Shown here piece by piece: positions 27,555 through 38,372 of a DNA stretch of 64,000 bases. Under the pieces are notes generated by a model, which did no database searches, had not been told where the DNA came from, and saw only the letters and a program-made list of their open reading frames with translations. How positions within the stretch are numbered: position 1 is the first letter of the stretch; each line of letters starts with the position of its first letter. The stretch spans positions 53,382,001-53,446,000 of the forward strand of contig OX597827.1 of NCBI GenBank assembly GCA_951406725.2, read 5' to 3'. The stretch comes from Octopus vulgaris (taxonomy: Eukaryota). The translations under genes were made by a program, and so were the position numbers.

Positions 27555-27764
27555 TTTTTATTGCCCACAAGGGGCTAAACATAGAGAGGACAAACAAAGG
27601 GATTAAGTCGATTACATCGACCCCAATGCGAAACTGGTACTTTTATTTATCGACCCCGAAAGGATGAAAGGCAAAGTCGACCTCGGCGGAATTTGAACTC
27701 AGAACGTAATGACAGACGAAATACTGCTAAGCATTCCGCCCGGCGCGCTAACGTGTCTGCCAGC
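27555..27764 (-). mobile_element. tRNA-derived SINE (family A)
   Basis: Matches 13258-13486. Confidence 0.85.
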
Positions 27765-28519
27765 TAGACAGAACTTACAAACCCCGTTTGAGCGTATAAA
27801 GCTCTTAAAGAAAATAGCTTGAGTGAAAAAAATTGAGCCGCTTTAGGATAGGTTTTTCTAACGCGTGACCACTCTGTGGCGTGGTTGAAATCTCATTGGT
27901 TAGTAATAAAGGCTTAACGGCTGTATATGGGCCATAGCGGTCATACGTACGCATGCGCGGCCGCACGCACAACGTTTTTCGATAGAATGAGAAATGTAAA
28001 TAGTGTATTTAAATGGAAGGAGTGCAAAAAGTTTTAAATAGGCAAGTAATGTTGTAAGGAGAACGTACGAAAACTGTAAAGACAAAGATATTTACGCACG
28101 ACATAAATCGAAATACACTGAATTGAATTTTTAGGCAGATGTGGCAAAACTGAATTTAAACACACTGGGCGAACAAAAATTAAAAATAACTAAATTTTTC
28201 AGGGAGAGACGTACAAAAACCGTAAACACAAAGATCTTTATACACGGAAGACAATTTGTACAGAGAGAGAGAGAAGGGGGAGGAGAGGGAGAGAGACAGA
28301 GCCTAAAAGAGAGGAAGTGAGAATATATGCAAGCAAAATAAACAGAATGAGAAAAAGAGAGAGAAGAGAGAAATAAACAGAGAGGGGGGGTAAAAGAGAG
28401 AAAAAACTGTAGAAATGCATACATACTACACACACACACAGACACACACGCATACATCGTGTTTTGAAACAGAGGGTGAAGTTATATGCAAATCTTGACA
28501 GAAAGTAGGCGATCGACTA

Positions 28520-29560
28520 TTCGACGTTTCTACTAGGAGCTACGTCGGAACTGAGATCGCCGACCTCGTCGGGTTATTTATATTGGAGATCTTCAAGAAA
28601 CGCACTCGCCAACACAAATTTTCCCTTTAAAGAGACGACGGCATGGCAGTCTCAAGCCACATAAACGGCCACGCCATGTACAAGTGCATGAAGAACCTAA
28701 AAAATATTCAAGGAATTTGGCGTGTCTATAACCGTTACCAACTTGACTACGGTCTACTTCCTAGACGTGACCACCTTCGACTTGACATTGACTAGTACTA
28801 CTCTTACAAGAAGCTCCATGAGGAAACTATGTACATCCATAGAAATACCCGCTGTAATTAGAAATCTAGATTCAAACATTAGAAGAACATCTATGCTTTA
28901 AGAAGATAGGGAGATATTTAACAGGGTCGCCTTCCACCATCCACCCACTACAACGACGCATTAGTGAGCAGTGGAATTTCCCTCTCCATTTAATTTAGAA
29001 GTTTCCATCAACGTAGCTAGGAGCTTCCTGTCGTTGGTTAAGTAGTTCCCTTGGAACCCCCACGTTGTATAAACTTTTCAACCAACATAACGTCAATGTA
29101 AGCTACTTCTATTTAGATAACATCTACAACAGACGCAAGCATGCAGCTGCATAACCTACAATGCCAACCTGCAACTTCCGAAACCCTACCAGCTGCCTTC
29201 TAGGAGGATCCTGCCTCTCAAGAGCTGGAATCTACAAAACCAACCTCGATTTCATCACAAGACACTATACGGGCTTGACGACCAATGACTTCAAGGGGTA
29301 ATACACACAGCGTATGCACTTGCTTAGGTGCAAGGATAGAGAGAATTCCACCACTGACTGGTTTTCTCTAAAGACTTCGCTACCTCCGAAATGAAACCAC
29401 CAACATCGGATGGACTATCATCGACAGAGCCCCATCTTACTCACCCGGCACCTGCAATTGCTAACTCTGCCCCAGCGAAAGACTCTACATTCGCCATCAA
29501 CCTGCAGTATCCATCAGCAAGAAATACGTACCATCTTACTGCTGCCTGAATTCTCTGGCC
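28520..29560 (+). pseudogene. Old Penelope-like RT/GIY-YIG remnant (different family)
   Basis: Degenerate FLDVT and HPP motifs, and C-terminal IGWTIIDRAPSYSPGTCNC*LC at 29404-29470, typical of PLE endonuclease tails. Confidence 0.6.
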
Positions 29561-30756
29561 GCCGATAATCCAGATATACCACCTCAATATTGCTGGCGCC
29601 TCAACACTGGTTTCCTCACAACCAAAGACAGTGCTCCTAACCATCGATGCCAACGCAGAGCATAATCCCCACGAATCTGATGCCTCCACTATAAACCCCC
29701 ATCTTCGTTTCCGGAAACGTGAGCGTGCGTGCGAGCGCACACATACGTCTATGCACGTAAACTTCTCTCTTTCTTTCTCCCCCACACACCGCCAAACGTC
29801 AGTCCAACGCCAATTTTCCCCACCAACGCTGTTGCGACTTCATTAGTATATATTTGTCATGCTCATACACATAAATACCAAAATCATATATGTATATATA
29901 TATATAGTGTATATGTGTGTGAGAGTGTGTGAATAGGCTATAAAAGAAGAACAAAAAAAAGTACCAGCGATAGATCGGGGCTTGTGGGGTCGGAGCGTGG
30001 CCTCATCATCGCTACATTTGTGTTGTCTGTGTATTGTTAATTTCATTCGATTTAAAAAAAATTTTAATATAATTCTTATATTCATATTTTATGTAAAATC
30101 ATAACGTATTACTGATCCCAATCAGTTGTTTTGTCCATTTCTATGTTTGGTCCCCTGTGGGCAATGAAGAAATTGGTATTTCGTCTGCTGCTACGTTCTG
30201 AGTTCAAATTTTGCCGAGGTCGACATTACCTTTCATCCTCACAGGGTCGATTAAATAAGTAGTTAGTTAGTTAGTTAGTTAATTTGGCTCAAAAGCAAAT
30301 AGCAAGGCCATGTAGGGGGACATGGAGTTAAGTACAGGGTGGTGTTCATGTAAAGAGTTCAGGCCACTTGAGGTCAAGGGAGGCTTTGAACAAAGCGGTC
30401 GTCGGCATCTTGGGGCCCGATGTAATCGACTTACCCGCTCTCCCTAAATTTCGGGCCTTGTGCCTATAGTATAACGGATTATTAAAATTAATGATAATAT
30501 CTACAAAAATTTATGTCAACACATTAGCAAGGAAATCCAAATTGATGAATCAGCAAAAAAAAAAAAAAAAAAAAAATGACGCCTAGAATAAGTACCAGTC
30601 TTTACAAAACATAATTCATTCAACTAAAGATTCTTAGAGGCCACGCCGTAGTCAAATGACTGAAACAGATGAGAAATGAAAGATAAAACACTCACACGCA
30701 TACATATACATTTGTATACATGGGAAGGGTTCATAAGTTAGAAAAAGGAGCACCCT

Positions 30757-30949
30757 TTTATTCTTTTGTTTCAGTCATTTGACTGCGGCCATGCTGGAGC
30801 ACTGCCTTTGGTCGAACAAATCGACGCCAGGACTTATTCCTTGTAAGCCTAGTATTTATTCTATCGGTTTCTTTTTACCGAACCGCTTAGTGACGGGGAC
30901 ATAAACACACCAACATCTGTTGTCAAGAGATGGGAGAGGGACAGACACA

Positions 30950-31041
<92 letters not shown>

Positions 31042-31222
31042 AGTATGCATGTATATATACGACAGGCTTCTTTCAGTTTCCATCTACCAGATCTACTCAC
31101 AAGGCCTTTGTCGGCCCGAGGCTATAGTAGAAGGCACCTTGCCCAGGGTACCACGCAGTGGGACTGAACCCGGAACCATGTGGTTGGGAAGCAAGCTTCT
31201 TACCACACTTCGACTCCTGCGC
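30757..31222 (-). mobile_element. SINE family B with internal (CA)n/(TA)n tract
   Basis: tRNA-like head (31060-31222) plus microsatellite plus 3' body (30757-30950); fragments also at about 230-410, 42230-42365, 44385-44580 and 45325-45470. Confidence 0.8.
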
Positions 31223-31713
31223 CTATAATTATATCATTAATAATATATCATTATGTGTCATTTACGGAAAAAATATCACCGGTCAATTTAATACGAACTT
31301 AGACGTTATCATTTTATCCCATTCTATGTGTTTGAAGTCCCTTTGTTTCCTTGTTGATCACCCCGGTTAGATCGTCATTCGCCTCTGATTTTGTCTGTTT
31401 CCTCAAGCTCTTCCCTTCTCATCTTAACTCCAACTTTATCTCTACCTTCCTTTCTATTTCCCTCTCTTTCAATCTCTCTTTGTCGTCCCCACTCAAATAT
31501 GTTTTTTTTCATGCAAGCAATACTCTGCAGGTTATTTCATCATGCAACCAGTCTCGTTTTGTAACTTTCCATGCCAATCCAAGGGACATAACTTTTGAAG
31601 CATTTGTTTATATATTTTCCTAATTTACTTTTATTTTTTACTTTTCTTTATAAATTTTTCAAGTAATTGTCCTTTAGATTTCATTACGTTATTTTCATTT
31701 CCACCTTCAGTGC

Positions 31714-31750
<37 letters not shown>

Positions 31751-31921
31751 ATAAGAAAAAAACCACGGCTGAACACTTCCAAATAGCCATGACTGATGAA
31801 TATTTACACATTTTTTTTCTGTTTAAGAATGGTTGATGTTTATAAAAGTTTGATTTTGATAAATGCTAATGCACGAAACTCGACATTGGAGTCATTGTGT
31901 TACTTCTGCTATATATATATA

Positions 31922-32034
<113 letters not shown>

Positions 32035-32434
32035 CTTACGTAACAGGATGGCGGTGCATAAATCACAAATTAGAAACCCTGATTACCGCAAAATACCGGT
32101 CAGCGGACACATAGATAGATGTACTGGAAATGTAAATCCGAAATTTACAACTAACCCGCTCTATAAATTCAGTGACAACGCAACCTTCACACAACGCCAA
32201 AATAAAGAACTATATTTCATAAAAAAATTTAGACCAAGTTTAAACACCCTGGGCCAGGAATACTAAAACAAAAGATAAGTCCTCCGAAAAGGAGAACCAA
32301 ATTTCACCACGGCCGCTACTTCAAACAGACACTCACTCTGACGGAAATATGCCTTAGTAAAAAAGGGAAAAAAATTCTTTCGTGCAAATCTGACCCTGAT
32401 ACATACGATACAGCTAAGGGTCAGACCCGATTCT

Positions 32435-32830
32435 GATTGGTCAACAAGTTGATGACGTCTAGCTCTGCTAGAATGGACAGGATACAAACAGGGGACAGTC
32501 ATTAGTCAGAATATTGATGACGTCCTTTTCTGCTTGAATAGTCACCTAACAAGTACAGACAGGGGACAGATCTAATGTAGCTATAAGTCGTGATTGGGCA
32601 GAATCTGATTGACATCCCGCTATGCTTGACTAACGAAGCGACTGGTCAAGACAGGAAACAAACAAGAGGGAGTTATAATGCAGCGATTGGTCAAAATAAT
32701 GATGACGTCCCGTTCCACTTGATTAAAGCCACCTAACGAAACGATTGGTCAAAACATTGATGACGTCACGCTACGCTAGATTGACCACCTAACAGGCATT
32801 ATAAAACCAAGCATTTCACAAAAAATCACT
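32435..32830 (+). promoter_or_regulatory. Putative Pol II promoter: five ATTGG/CRE-like modules, TATA box and Inr
   Basis: (G)ATTGG...TGATGACGTC units at 32435, 32501, 32592, 32685 and 32743 (the second and third degenerate); perfect TGACGTCA 32761-32768; TATAAAA 32800-32806; TCACT at 32826-32830. Second copy at +4713. Confidence 0.65.
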
Positions 32831-33128
32831 AGAACCACCCAGCGAACTTCCACCATGGATCATCACAATTGCTTAAGGTAAAAATGAATTCCTCGCTCTT
32901 TCGGAAACATCAATCTTCTGTATTGACCGCTTTCCACCACTTTGATCTGTTTTTTGTATTGAATACGTATCGCCACCGTGGGCCACTGCATCGAACACTT
33001 TGAAATATACTTCAAACTATATATCAACTATACGTGAACTATATATCAACTATACATGAACTCTAAGATGTCTGACTCCGTTGTGTATTATAAATGAATT
33101 TCTTGTGTTTGACGGCATGAGCTGTCTC

Positions 33129-33199
33129 TTTTTATATATAACTTTTTTTGATAAGGTTCATTTCAGGAACTGAAACATGTTATAATGTATATATAAAAA
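33129..33199 (+). ncRNA. Minimal type I hammerhead ribozyme, U3:A8 variant (5' pLTR)
   Basis: Core TTGATAA (33148-33154); stem II GGTTC-ATTTCAG-GAACT; GAAA; palindromic ACATGT stem III; GUU triplet; distal stem I TTTTTATATATA/TATATATAAAAA. Confidence 0.65.
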
Positions 33200-33313
33200 T
33201 TAAAAATTGTATAATACAGCAGCATTTTCGAACTTCATTTTTTACAAATATATACCTACTCGTATACGAGCTAATCCTATTATAAATATCATATCACGTA
33301 CGAGCTCCCGAAA

Positions 33314-34714
33314 ATGCCTGCTAAAAAAGACACCAACGACATCTCCTCAATAAATGAAGAGATACTGAAAGAATTGAAAAGCATAAATTCAAACCTAACA
33401 GCAGTGTTAAACAAACTCAACTTAACACCTCGACCTTCTACACAAACTAACGAGGAAACCGAATCGAATAAAACACCCTCCGAAATATTCGAGAAAGTTG
33501 AAAATCTATGCGATACAATGACGACATTCTTCACAAACTTTACGAAACAAGAGCAACAAAAAGAAGGAACACATGAGAAGAACCGAGCAACTTCAACATT
33601 ACAAATAAAGAACCAAGTCCTCCCCCAATGGAGAACACTACAGCGAAACAGAAAATTCGCTTTTTGGAAAATGATACAAAATCAGAATAAAGCAGAGATT
33701 TACCAAAAATGGCTAGACTCAACACCCCTAGTCATACCCCGTAAATTACAAATCAAACCCATCTCGGAAGAACCAGAAGAACAAAGAAAACTTAGAGAAA
33801 AAATGTCATTAGAAAAAATGAAGATGGAAATAGAACTACTTAAGCTGAGAGCTAAAACGAATGAAGAAAAAGTAAAAACCATAGACGAGGAAATCAACGA
33901 AGAAGTCATCAAACTAATAGACGACAACAATACTGAAACATTAACAGCACTATGGAATGAAGAATGTGAAAAAGAGGAACTTAAGTCCCTCCAACGATGG
34001 GAAAAGAGCGCCATCTGGTTTCTAGATTATGAAACCAACTTAAAAAATGAACACATATCCAACAACCCCTTCATAAAATTAAGCAAATCAAAACCAAATA
34101 CCAATAGAACGGAACAACCACCAAGAAATCCTACCACACTCTACACCAGAAAAGTACACCTAAAACACACCCCACACTACCTACACCAACCCCAAAACAC
34201 CTACAGAGGCCCACCACACCAGTTCGAAAATAGACATACCAACAGAGCAGAACAACCACCAAGAAATCCAAACACACTCTACACCAGAAAAATGCATTTA
34301 AAACGCACCCCACACTACCTACACCAACCCCAAAACACTTATAGGGTCCCACCACACCATTCCACGAACCTAAGAGCCACAACATACAATACTATAAAAT
34401 ACAACCCACATAACCAAACCAAAACGCTACTACCAAACATCCACCCCAGGAACCAACCATACAACCATAACAAACAACAAATGCACTACGGAGGAAACAA
34501 CTACCAACACAATACACCTGAGGAACTAAGACGTAACACTAGGTTCAACAACAGACTCCAGAACAGAGCACCACAAACTCACTCTGACAATTATAACAAC
34601 ATGAGACAGATAAATAATAGCTTTGAACATAACTACACCAACCATTTTTTAGACCCCACACACAGGAACAGGGACACACGATGGCAAAGGACAAACAAAA
34701 GAAACCTCAGGTAA
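33314..34714 (+). CDS. PLE ORF1, 466 aa: coiled-coil-like N half, N/Q/H/P/T-rich low-complexity C half
   Basis: Long uninterrupted ORF starting right after the pLTR; E/K-rich helical stretch; duplicated 46-aa unit. Confidence 0.8.
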   Translation: MPAKKDTNDISSINEEILKELKSINSNLTAVLNKLNLTPRPSTQTNEETESNKTPSEIFEKVENLCDTMTTFFTNFTKQEQQKEGTHEKNRATSTLQIKNQVLPQWRTLQRNRKFAFWKMIQNQNKAEIYQKWLDSTPLVIPRKLQIKPISEEPEEQRKLREKMSLEKMKMEIELLKLRAKTNEEKVKTIDEEINEEVIKLIDDNNTETLTALWNEECEKEELKSLQRWEKSAIWFLDYETNLKNEHISNNPFIKLSKSKPNTNRTEQPPRNPTTLYTRKVHLKHTPHYLHQPQNTYRGPPHQFENRHTNRAEQPPRNPNTLYTRKMHLKRTPHYLHQPQNTYRVPPHHSTNLRATTYNTIKYNPHNQTKTLLPNIHPRNQPYNHNKQQMHYGGNNYQHNTPEELRRNTRFNNRLQNRAPQTHSDNYNNMRQINNSFEHNYTNHFLDPTHRNRDTRWQRTNKRNLR

Positions 34715-36747
34715 TTAAGATAATCAATCTCTCAAACAAAGAACTTACACCTAACGAAATAAGCATACTCTCCAAAGGACTTAAATTTACACCCACCCCA
34801 CAACGTTCTAATTATTATGAAATGAAAGATGATATTTCGGAATTTTGCAGAAAACTAAGACTCACCGAGGCATTTCAAGACAAACAAATAGAGGAGGACT
34901 CAATAGCTAGAAACAAGAGCAATTACACCCCCACCAAAGGTAAGAATAAAGCCTTAGACCGCTATTGTGACTACATAACTAATTTCCCGTTTCAATTCAT
35001 CAAGAAACAAAAACACAGCCCTAACTTCAACAAAAGAGAATGGAACGACCTCATCAAACTAAGAGAAGACAAAACAATAACAATTAAGGAGGCAGATAAG
35101 GGCAACGCGATAGTAATAATGAATACAAACAATTATAAAAATTTAGTGCTATCCCTATTAAGAGATGAAACGTATTATGAAAGGGCCCAACAGTATAACC
35201 AGCAAAAAATAATGCATAACCTTAGGACATTAATCAACACATACCAAGAAGGACTCACGAACAAGGAGTATGAATACATCACTAACTTCAAATGCAAATC
35301 GAGTTTGTTCTATGGTATCCCTAAGGTACACAAAAGCCAAACCATTAGAGAAACGTGCAAAACATCCACCGACACACTCATCAAAATCCCTTCACCAAAT
35401 GATCTTAAACTAAGACCGATAATAGCAGGGCCAGCATGTGAAACTCACCGCCTCAGCAATTTCTTAGACACACTTCTTAAACCTTTCCTAAAACACATCA
35501 AAAGCTACGTAAGAGACGATATAGATATGCTCAACCACCTCCCCAAAACAGTCAATGAGAAAACCCTTCTAGTATCATTCGACGTAGTTAATCTTTATTC
35601 TAACATCCCTCACAACCTAGGAATAGAAGCAATCACCTTCTGGCTGAATAACTACCCCTTTGAACTCCCAACTCGCATAAACAAAGACCTTATAATAGAA
35701 GGACTTAGATTCATTTTAGAGAACAATTATTTTATTTTTGACAATGATTTCTACAGGCAAAGATCGGGAACAGCGATGGGCACGCGTACTGCACCATCTT
35801 TTGCCAACCTAGTGATGGGATACCTCGAGAAAATACTATACCGGATGACACTCGAGAAATATGGCAACACCTTCGCCACCTATATCCATAACAACTGGAA
35901 AAGATACCTCGATGACTGTTTCATCATCTGGGACAAAGGCATAGAGAAACTTGAGGAATTTAAAATTCTATTAAATGGAATAAATGACAATATACAATTC
36001 ACGATGGACCACAACGAAAAAGAATTACCATTTTTAGACATCCTCATTAAGATAACCGGCAACAAAATAGAGACAGATATCTACTATAAACCGACAGACT
36101 CTAAACAGTACCTACCCTTTGATTCATGCCACCCACGACACACTAGAATGAATGTCCCTTTTTGTTTAGCTAGAAGGATTTGCACCATAATATCAGACAC
36201 AAACACCCGACACACACGTCTCCAGGAACTTAGAACCACACTCACAAATAGAAACTATCCACAGCCCCTAATAGACAGTGCAATCCAACGGGTACTTAAA
36301 TTAAGTATAGAAGACCTGAGACAAACAAAACCAAAAAAGAAAGAACAATTAAAAACCCTTCCCTACATCTCTACACACAACCCACTCAACAATGAGGCCT
36401 TCAACACCATACTACAAAGCACAGCCCTACTAAAGGGAGACCCAAAGATGAACCGGATCCTCGAAACACACACCATCATTAAAAGTAAACGGCAACCAAA
36501 ATCCTTGAAAAGGATTTTAACCCAAGCTACACTGCACTCAACATCAACCACAAAACCAGCAGTTAGAAAATGTGGAAGGCCCAACTGCGGAATCTGTGTC
36601 ATCTTGAAAGAAGGATCAGAATTTATACTGGAACAAGGCCACCAGTTCACCATTAGAACAAACTTCACCTGCGCATCAGAAAACTTAATTTACGTCATAA
36701 CATGCGCAGGCTGCAATAGGCAGTATATAGGCCATACAAAAAAATAG
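34681..36747 (+). CDS. PLE reverse transcriptase plus N-terminal half of the GIY-YIG endonuclease, 688 aa
   Basis: ILSKGLKFTPTP, ADKGNAIV, YGIPKVHK, LRPIIAG, SFDVVNLYSNI, GTAMG, RYLDD, LPFLDI, Cys motif CGRPNCGIC, then LIYVITCAGCNRQYIGHT. Confidence 0.95.
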   Translation: MAKDKQKKPQVIKIINLSNKELTPNEISILSKGLKFTPTPQRSNYYEMKDDISEFCRKLRLTEAFQDKQIEEDSIARNKSNYTPTKGKNKALDRYCDYITNFPFQFIKKQKHSPNFNKREWNDLIKLREDKTITIKEADKGNAIVIMNTNNYKNLVLSLLRDETYYERAQQYNQQKIMHNLRTLINTYQEGLTNKEYEYITNFKCKSSLFYGIPKVHKSQTIRETCKTSTDTLIKIPSPNDLKLRPIIAGPACETHRLSNFLDTLLKPFLKHIKSYVRDDIDMLNHLPKTVNEKTLLVSFDVVNLYSNIPHNLGIEAITFWLNNYPFELPTRINKDLIIEGLRFILENNYFIFDNDFYRQRSGTAMGTRTAPSFANLVMGYLEKILYRMTLEKYGNTFATYIHNNWKRYLDDCFIIWDKGIEKLEEFKILLNGINDNIQFTMDHNEKELPFLDILIKITGNKIETDIYYKPTDSKQYLPFDSCHPRHTRMNVPFCLARRICTIISDTNTRHTRLQELRTTLTNRNYPQPLIDSAIQRVLKLSIEDLRQTKPKKKEQLKTLPYISTHNPLNNEAFNTILQSTALLKGDPKMNRILETHTIIKSKRQPKSLKRILTQATLHSTSTTKPAVRKCGRPNCGICVILKEGSEFILEQGHQFTIRTNFTCASENLIYVITCAGCNRQYIGHTKK

Positions 36748-36979
36748 CTTACGTAACAGGATGGCGGTGCATAAATCACAAATTAGAAACCCTGATTACC
36801 GCAAAATACCGGTCAGCGGACACATAGATAGATGTACTGGAAATGTAAATCCGAAATTTACAACTAACCCGCTCTATAAATTCAGTGACAACGCAACCTT
36901 CACACAACGCCAAAATAAAGAACTATATTTCATAAAAAAATTTAGACCAAGTTTAAACACCCTGGGCCAGGAATACTAA
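36746..36979 (+). CDS. C-terminal half of the GIY-YIG endonuclease (shifted frame after an A7 run)
   Basis: Removing one A from the run at 36738-36744 gives [16 protein letters not shown]...SGH...[13 protein letters not shown], completing the GIY-YIG domain (R, H, H, E, N). Confidence 0.8.
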   Translation, partial: SLRNRMAVHKSQIRNPDYRKIPVSGHIDRCTGNVNPKFTTNPLYKFSDNATFTQRQNKELYFIKKFRPSLNTLGQEY

Positions 36980-37841
36980 AACAAAAGATAAGTCCTCCGA
37001 AAAGGAGAACCAAATTTCACCACGGCCGCTACTTCAAACAGACACTCACTCTGACGGAAATATGCCTTAGTAAAAAAGGGAAAAAAATTCTTTCGTGCAA
37101 ATCTGACCCTGATACATACGATACAGCTAAGGGTCAGACCCGATTCTGATTGGTCAACAAGTTGATGACGTCTAGCTCTGCTAGAATGGACAGGATACAA
37201 ACAGGGGACAGTCATTAGTCAGAATATTGATGACGTCCTTTTCTGCTTGAATAGTCACCTAACAAGTACAGACAGGGGACAGATCTAATGTAGCTATAAG
37301 TCGTGATTGGGCAGAATCTGATTGACATCCCGCTATGCTTGACTAACGAAGCGACTGGTCAAGACAGGAAACAAACAAGAGGGAGTTATAATGCAGCGAT
37401 TGGTCAAAATAATGATGACGTCCCGTTCCACTTGATTAAAGCCACCTAACGAAACGATTGGTCAAAACATTGATGACGTCACGCTACGCTAGATTGACCA
37501 CCTAACAGGCATTATAAAACCAAGCATTTCACAAAAAATCACTAGAACCACCCAGCGAACTTCCACCATGGATCATCACAATTGCTTAAGGTAAAAATGA
37601 ATTCCTCGCTCTTTCGGAAACATCAATCTTCTGTATTGACCGCTTTCCACCACTTTGATCTGTTTTTTGTATTGAATACGTATCGCCACCGTGGGCCACT
37701 GCATCGAACACTTTGAAATATACTTCAAACTATATATCAACTATACGTGAACTATATATCAACTATACATGAACTCTAAGATGTCTGACTCCGTTGTGTA
37801 TTATAAATGAATTTCTTGTGTTTGACGGCATGAGCTGTCTC

Positions 37842-37912
37842 TTTTTATATATAACTTTTTTTGATAAGGTTCATTTCAGGAACTGAAACATGTTATAATG
37901 TATATATAAAAA
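37842..37912 (+). ncRNA. Minimal type I hammerhead ribozyme, U3:A8 variant (3' pLTR)
   Basis: Copy of 33129-33199. Confidence 0.65.
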
Positions 37913-37996
37913 TTAAAAATTGTATAATACAGCAGCATTTTCGAACTTCATTTTTTACAAATATATACCTACTCGTATACGAGCTAATCCTATTAT

Positions 37997-38043
<47 letters not shown>

Positions 38044-38050
38044 GTATATA

Positions 38051-38099
<49 letters not shown>

Positions 38100-38106
38100 G
38101 TATATG

Positions 38107-38251
<145 letters not shown>

Positions 38252-38372
38252 GCATATATATGTGTGTGTGTGATATATGTGTGTGTGTGTGTGTGTGTAC
38301 ATATTTGTATGTTTTGCTTTATGTATATATTCTCATGCATACAGTTGCATGTCTAGACATGCTCATATATAT

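Larger units (their letters stand above)
36744..37999 (+). repeat. 3' pseudo-LTR
   Basis: Direct repeat of 32031-33286, running into (TA)n. Confidence 0.95.

Noticed and set aside
29960-30020. Minus-strand GATGAG..GCC hairpin resembling a hammerhead
   Set aside because: It lacks the GAAA core strand.
31850-31892. TTGATAA-ATGC-TAAT-GCAC-GAAAC hammerhead-like motif
   Set aside because: No U at position 16.1, a mismatched stem II closing pair and no stem I; at best a dead relic.
32263-32502. 79-aa antisense ORF duplicated at 36976-37215
   Set aside because: The duplication simply reflects the pLTR; no recognisable protein features.
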